From Candidatus Poseidoniales archaeon (lineage in GTDB: Archaea; Thermoplasmatota; Poseidoniia; Poseidoniales; Poseidoniaceae), in the NCBI GenBank assembly GCA_038106355.1, contig JAYODQ010000005.1, positions 9,301-73,300 on the forward strand: a stretch of DNA of 64,000 nt, read 5' to 3'. The notes under the pieces are model-generated. The model saw nothing but the letters and a program-made list of their open reading frames with translations. It made no database searches and was not told the origin of the DNA. Both the position numbers and the translations under genes were made by a program. Position 1 is the first letter of the stretch, and the number at the start of each line of letters is the position of its first letter. This document shows, piece after piece, positions 60,051-64,000 of the stretch.

Positions 60051-60165
60051 TTTTATCCCTCAATTCACTCCAACAGCAAGGCTGGAGCGACCCTACCCAC
60101 CTGAGAACCCCTTTTCAAGATGACGCAGAGAGATGTGATGATAAACAGAACACAGCACCTAATTT

Positions 60166-61455
60166 TTACTTCGAATCAATAGCTTTCCTTCCGATGTCGG
60201 TTCGGAAGTGTCCACCGTCCAAACGAAGACAAGTCATGGCTTCATATGCTTTGGAATAGCTTTCCTCGAGCGTCGGCTCCATCGCGGTCATGGAGAGTAC
60301 TCGTCCTCCTGATGACACGAATTGGCCCTCCATATTCAACTTCGTAGCTGCATGGTCAATCCAGAGCGAATCCGTTTCTCGTTCGCGTTCGAATGTCCCC
60401 AATCCGTGAATGAGTCGACCTGTTTCGGCACGAGAAGGATAACCTTCAGATGCAAGAACGATGGTTATGGCGTGTTGGTTATGGTAATCAACATTGTAAG
60501 TTTCTAAACGATCAGTTGCTGCTGCATGAAGCATTTCAAGCACATCACTTTTGATAAGAGGAAGGGTTACTTGGCACTCAGGGTCGCCAAATCGAACATT
60601 GAATTCGACGACATATGGGTCGTTCATTTCATCGATCATCAACCCAACATAGAGCACTCCACGATATGGCTGTTCCAACGAAGAAAGATGTTGATGCATC
60701 GGTTGAACGATACGCTCAATGACTTTGGCATGAACATCTTTGGTCACAATCGGGGCGGGACAATATGCTCCCATCCCACCTGTGTTTGGGCCTTCATCGC
60801 CATCGAATGCTCTTTTGTGATCTTGACTGCATGGTAAAGGGATATAGGTGTGCTTGTCCATCACAACAAGCATGCTCGCCTCCTGCCCAGGAAGAAAATC
60901 TTCGAGCAAAACATAACCATCCGTTCGAATTGATTCTCGGATAAATTCCGTGGCTTCATTTATGTTCGAAGTCACCACCACGCCCTTACCACCAGCAAGC
61001 ACATCTCGTTTGATGACAAATGGAGCGGCTGATTTTCGGTTCAATGCTTGCTCAATGTTTGATGTTTCGTCGAGAATATCAAAGGAGGCGGTCGGAACAC
61101 CTGCCTGATTCATCATTTCCTTTGCAAATTTCTTGGAACCCTCAAGGTGAGCGAGCGCTGCGATTGGGCCGAAACAAGGTACATGATGTTCAGTGAGCCT
61201 ATCTGTGAGGCCATCGCACAACGGGGCTTCTGGTCCTGCGACAACCAAGTCACATGAGAGGGATAATGCTAAGTTAACGAGGCCATCAATATCCGATGCT
61301 TGCACATCATGGTTTGTAGCGAATCTTGAGGTCCCAGCGTTTCCGGGTGTGCAGTGCAATTCAACCAATGCATTCGACTTTGCAATGGCTTTGCACAGTG
61401 CGTGCTCTCGACCGCCTCCACCAACAACGAGAACTCGATGAAGACTCATGGTCAT
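60166..61455 (-). CDS. purD: Phosphoribosylamine--glycine ligase
   Basis: VLVVGGGGREHAL, an ATP-grasp core (VIKRDVLAGGKGVVV) and a C-terminal GGRVL. ATG at 61455 or 61449 is more likely than 61482. Confidence 0.95.
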   Translation of the reverse strand: MTMSLHRVLVVGGGGREHALCKAIAKSNALVELHCTPGNAGTSRFATNHDVQASDIDGLVNLALSLSCDLVVAGPEAPLCDGLTDRLTEHHVPCFGPIAALAHLEGSKKFAKEMMNQAGVPTASFDILDETSNIEQALNRKSAAPFVIKRDVLAGGKGVVVTSNINEATEFIRESIRTDGYVLLEDFLPGQEASMLVVMDKHTYIPLPCSQDHKRAFDGDEGPNTGGMGAYCPAPIVTKDVHAKVIERIVQPMHQHLSSLEQPYRGVLYVGLMIDEMNDPYVVEFNVRFGDPECQVTLPLIKSDVLEMLHAAATDRLETYNVDYHNQHAITIVLASEGYPSRAETGRLIHGLGTFERERETDSLWIDHAATKLNMEGQFVSSGGRVLSMTAMEPTLEESYSKAYEAMTCLRLDGGHFRTDIGRKAIDSK

Positions 61456-61554
61456 CTTGAAATGAATCCGTCTCATGAACATAACCCAAGGAATTGATGT
61501 AGGAAGGAAGGGGAAACATCAAACACTTCATTGAGCACGAAGAACACGATATCA

Positions 61555-62253
61555 ATGACTACGGTTGTGGGATTTGCATCAGATGCTGCATCCTTCGTCG
61601 AAGAATCTTCATTTTTTGCCGCTGTGGTTATGACGTTATGGCTGTACCTCTCGGGGTTTCTAGCAAACACTTTTGCAATGATGTGGGGGAAATGGTTGCC
61701 AAAAACAGGGTATGGGCCATGGCCAATCGATGGTGGCAAAGTCTGGAAGGACGGCGAACGACTGCTTGGCGACGGTAAAACTTGGAACGGGCTTATCGGT
61801 GGTTCGCTCACAAGCGGATTGATGTGCATGCTCATCTCGATTTCAATGGGAACGCCATCGTCATACAGCTTCATTGATGCAACAATCTTTGTCCATCCCC
61901 TCACTGGATATGAGGACACATGGTGGAACGTTGGATCTGTTGCTGGAAGTGCATTTCTTTTGGGTACGATGCTCGGATTCTTTTGTCTTCTCGGCGACAT
62001 GACCGGTTCCTTTTTCAAGCGACGAAGAGGCTTGAAAAGAGAGGGTAACGTATCTTCAAAAGCACCATTACTTGACACTCTCCCTTTTGCTATCATGCTG
62101 TTTATTTTTGGGCAATTGGTGCTCGGAAATGCATTACTATCGTCGACTGCCTTAATTCCTGCCATGATTGCACTCATTGTAGCAACACCCATATTGCACC
62201 GAAGTTTCAATCTGATTGGCTACGCAATTGGTTGGAAAGATGTCCCATACTAA
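61555..62253 (+). CDS. carS: CDP-archaeol synthase (CDP-2,3-bis-O-geranylgeranyl-sn-glycerol synthase, DUF46 family)
   Basis: A polytopic ~230-aa protein with PIDGGKVWKDGERLLGDGKTWNGLIGG and GDMTGSFFKRRRGL...APLLDTLPF, characteristic of CarS. The antisense 245-aa ORF (61473-62210) is rejected. Confidence 0.8.
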   Translation: MTTVVGFASDAASFVEESSFFAAVVMTLWLYLSGFLANTFAMMWGKWLPKTGYGPWPIDGGKVWKDGERLLGDGKTWNGLIGGSLTSGLMCMLISISMGTPSSYSFIDATIFVHPLTGYEDTWWNVGSVAGSAFLLGTMLGFFCLLGDMTGSFFKRRRGLKREGNVSSKAPLLDTLPFAIMLFIFGQLVLGNALLSSTALIPAMIALIVATPILHRSFNLIGYAIGWKDVPY

Positions 62254-62272
62254 TCATTTCAACGAAGCCTTC

Positions 62273-63967
62273 ATGAAAAAAGAACAATCACTTTTACTCA
62301 TGCGAACGCAAATTCTCCTGCTCGCCCTGCTCATTGTAGCCCTTATTTCACCAACAATTCATGCTGAACCTCCTTCGAACGGCGACAATGTTTCAGTTTC
62401 CGAGTCCGAAATGTGGTCCAGTGGTGGCGTTCTTGATGGAACAGTCACCATAGAATCTGGTGTTTCGGTGGAAGTCACTGCAACATACAACGTCGTCACA
62501 GGTAGTTCAATTCTTGTGGAAGAGGGTGCGACACTCCAAATTTCAAACGGTGCGAGTTTAGAAAGCAACGATGTATCTGCTGGACGATTTCTCACCCTTG
62601 GCTCACAACTTCATCTAAATTTTGGTGACATTGCCGATACAGGACTTCTCCAGATTCACCTCGATGCCATCGTTCCCTCAACATCTCAGTTTAATGCAAC
62701 ATTCTTAGACACAACCATCGATGTTGCAGAATTAAATTCTCAAATCATTGAGTTTGATGACGTACCACTTGATGGTCGAACCCTTGATGTCAATTTTTCC
62801 ATCTTTACATTCTCTGACGTGAAGGTCACAGAAGCAAGGGTCATCTACAACGGTGGCCAACAATCGAGGTTACTGGCTGAAGACATCGAGGCAACGAACT
62901 CGAATCTGTGGTGGTACAATGCTGGCTTCGATCTTGTCGTCTATGGAGAACTCTCGGTGGTTGGATCACACATTCGAGGGGCAAATATCACCTGTTTCGG
63001 CACCTGTCATATCGATGGCTCCACACTCATCGGGAGTGCACCTCTCGATGTGCCAAGTACAGGTTCATTGTCTGTCTCCGACTCAACCATTTTTGGCTCA
63101 CGAGGTGATGAGGATATCATTCTTCATGATGATGCTGAAATCACATATCTCAATTCACAAGGTACGGGAGGATTCACTGATGCTTGGGTTCGACTCCTCA
63201 CATCAAGAACCATTTACACAAACATCCCAAACGGTAGCGTGGACATTTATGGTTTGGGCTATGGGGCAACGAATTGGAACGACCTCACCAATGACCAAGG
63301 CGTTCTCATCCTCGTTGAGGAAGATGGAAATGAACACCGACGTATGATTGAATGGATGGATGGCAATGGTGCAATACATCAAGAAGAGGCATCAATCACC
63401 TTGAGTATCTCAAGTAACTGGGGTACTTTTTCAACGACCATTGACGCACCGAGCACACCTGTGGGTTACCTCAATTTGTCTTTGCCATACATCACCGTTG
63501 ATTCAGTTGAAGCGTCCGAAGTGACGGGAACCGTCAACCAAAGCATTGGCCTCATGATGACGGTATCCAATGCTGGTGATGTTGACGCCACAGCAAATTT
63601 CCGATGCTATGTCGATGGTATGGACGCCGATACCGCACCATCAACAATCACCGTTTCGATTCCAAAGGGCGAATCGGTGAAAGTACCAATTTCTTGGTGG
63701 TCGAATACGGATGGTGCACAAGAGTTGAATTGTAAACCATTCCTACCATCCGTTCTTGAAGCTATTTCTGGCCTCGTTGTTGATGAAAATGGAGCCTCTT
63801 CTCAGGAGGTGTCATGGACTTACGCCGAAGAAAGTCAGGAAACACCATTGTTGATCTATCTCTTTGTTCTTGCCGCATTCATCTTGGGTGGCTTTTTCCT
63901 CACCAGGAAGAAATCATCACTGGTTGAAAAAGAATATGTCGATACACAAGAACCTTCATCTGAGTAA
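62273..63967 (+). CDS. Single-pass surface protein (beta-helix-like N-terminal part, CARDB-like module, C-terminal TM anchor)
   Basis: Signal MKKEQSLLLMRTQILLLALLIVALISPTIHA (ATG 62273). CARDB-like MMTVSNAGDVDATANFRCYVDG. TM helix LLIYLFVLAAFILGGFFL followed by RKK. Confidence 0.65.
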   Translation: MKKEQSLLLMRTQILLLALLIVALISPTIHAEPPSNGDNVSVSESEMWSSGGVLDGTVTIESGVSVEVTATYNVVTGSSILVEEGATLQISNGASLESNDVSAGRFLTLGSQLHLNFGDIADTGLLQIHLDAIVPSTSQFNATFLDTTIDVAELNSQIIEFDDVPLDGRTLDVNFSIFTFSDVKVTEARVIYNGGQQSRLLAEDIEATNSNLWWYNAGFDLVVYGELSVVGSHIRGANITCFGTCHIDGSTLIGSAPLDVPSTGSLSVSDSTIFGSRGDEDIILHDDAEITYLNSQGTGGFTDAWVRLLTSRTIYTNIPNGSVDIYGLGYGATNWNDLTNDQGVLILVEEDGNEHRRMIEWMDGNGAIHQEEASITLSISSNWGTFSTTIDAPSTPVGYLNLSLPYITVDSVEASEVTGTVNQSIGLMMTVSNAGDVDATANFRCYVDGMDADTAPSTITVSIPKGESVKVPISWWSNTDGAQELNCKPFLPSVLEAISGLVVDENGASSQEVSWTYAEESQETPLLIYLFVLAAFILGGFFLTRKKSSLVEKEYVDTQEPSSE

Positions 63968-64000
63968 GGTTGAATCGAAATGGATTACGACGAGGGTGTT

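Noticed and set aside
60051-60165. C-box-like GTGATGA (60135-60141) and CTGA (60101-60104) in the purD-aglB spacer: a possible C/D-box sRNA
   Set aside because: The CTGA lies upstream of the C-box-like element (wrong order). No D box follows within ~70 nt, and there is no C'/D' pair or terminal stem. Chance occurrence is more likely.
61473-62210. 245-aa minus-strand ORF overlapping carS
   Set aside because: The plus-strand product has the polytopic CarS pattern and motifs (GKTWNGLIGG, SFFKRRRG, PLLDTLPF). The antisense translation is Pro/Ser-rich with no recognisable features, so it is a shadow ORF.

Overview
Gene-dense (~95% coding) 64-kb chromosomal segment that reads as archaeal. It carries archaeal type II GAPDH, archaeal-type PheRS beta and GluRS, RNase HII, ribosomal protein uS15, archaeosine synthase ArcS (exact PCX3KPYX2SX2H motif), CDP-archaeol synthase CarS, an AglB/STT3 oligosaccharyltransferase and class-III (archaeal pilin-type) signal peptides. 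The moderately low GC and the many giant adhesin-like ORFs suggest a planktonic Thermoplasmatota / Marine-Group-II-like euryarchaeon; that assignment is inference only. I call 38 CDS, one of which is truncated at the left edge and absent from the ORF track. I could not recognise any rRNA, tRNA, CRISPR array, transposase or integrase. The left third (1-24.5 kb) and right end (60.1-64 kb) hold housekeeping genes interspersed with single-pass, sequon-rich surface proteins. The centre (24.9-60.05 kb) is a ~35-kb cell-envelope island with three parts. (i) A co-directional block encodes a 1,914-aa TSP3-repeat protein, a 1,790-aa Asp-box protein, a small helical protein and a lipoprotein Zn-metalloprotease. 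(ii) An MBL-fold hydrolase is followed by three translationally coupled pilin-like genes, with no assembly ATPase in view. (iii) A second co-directional block encodes a 3,170-aa AglB fused to a huge beta-sandwich array, a membrane-anchored subtilase, a 1,460-aa beta-helix adhesin and a wHTH-STAND-TPR regulator. The giant AglB fusion and its gene neighbourhood are the most unusual features. All functional calls rest on motifs read by eye; no searches were run.
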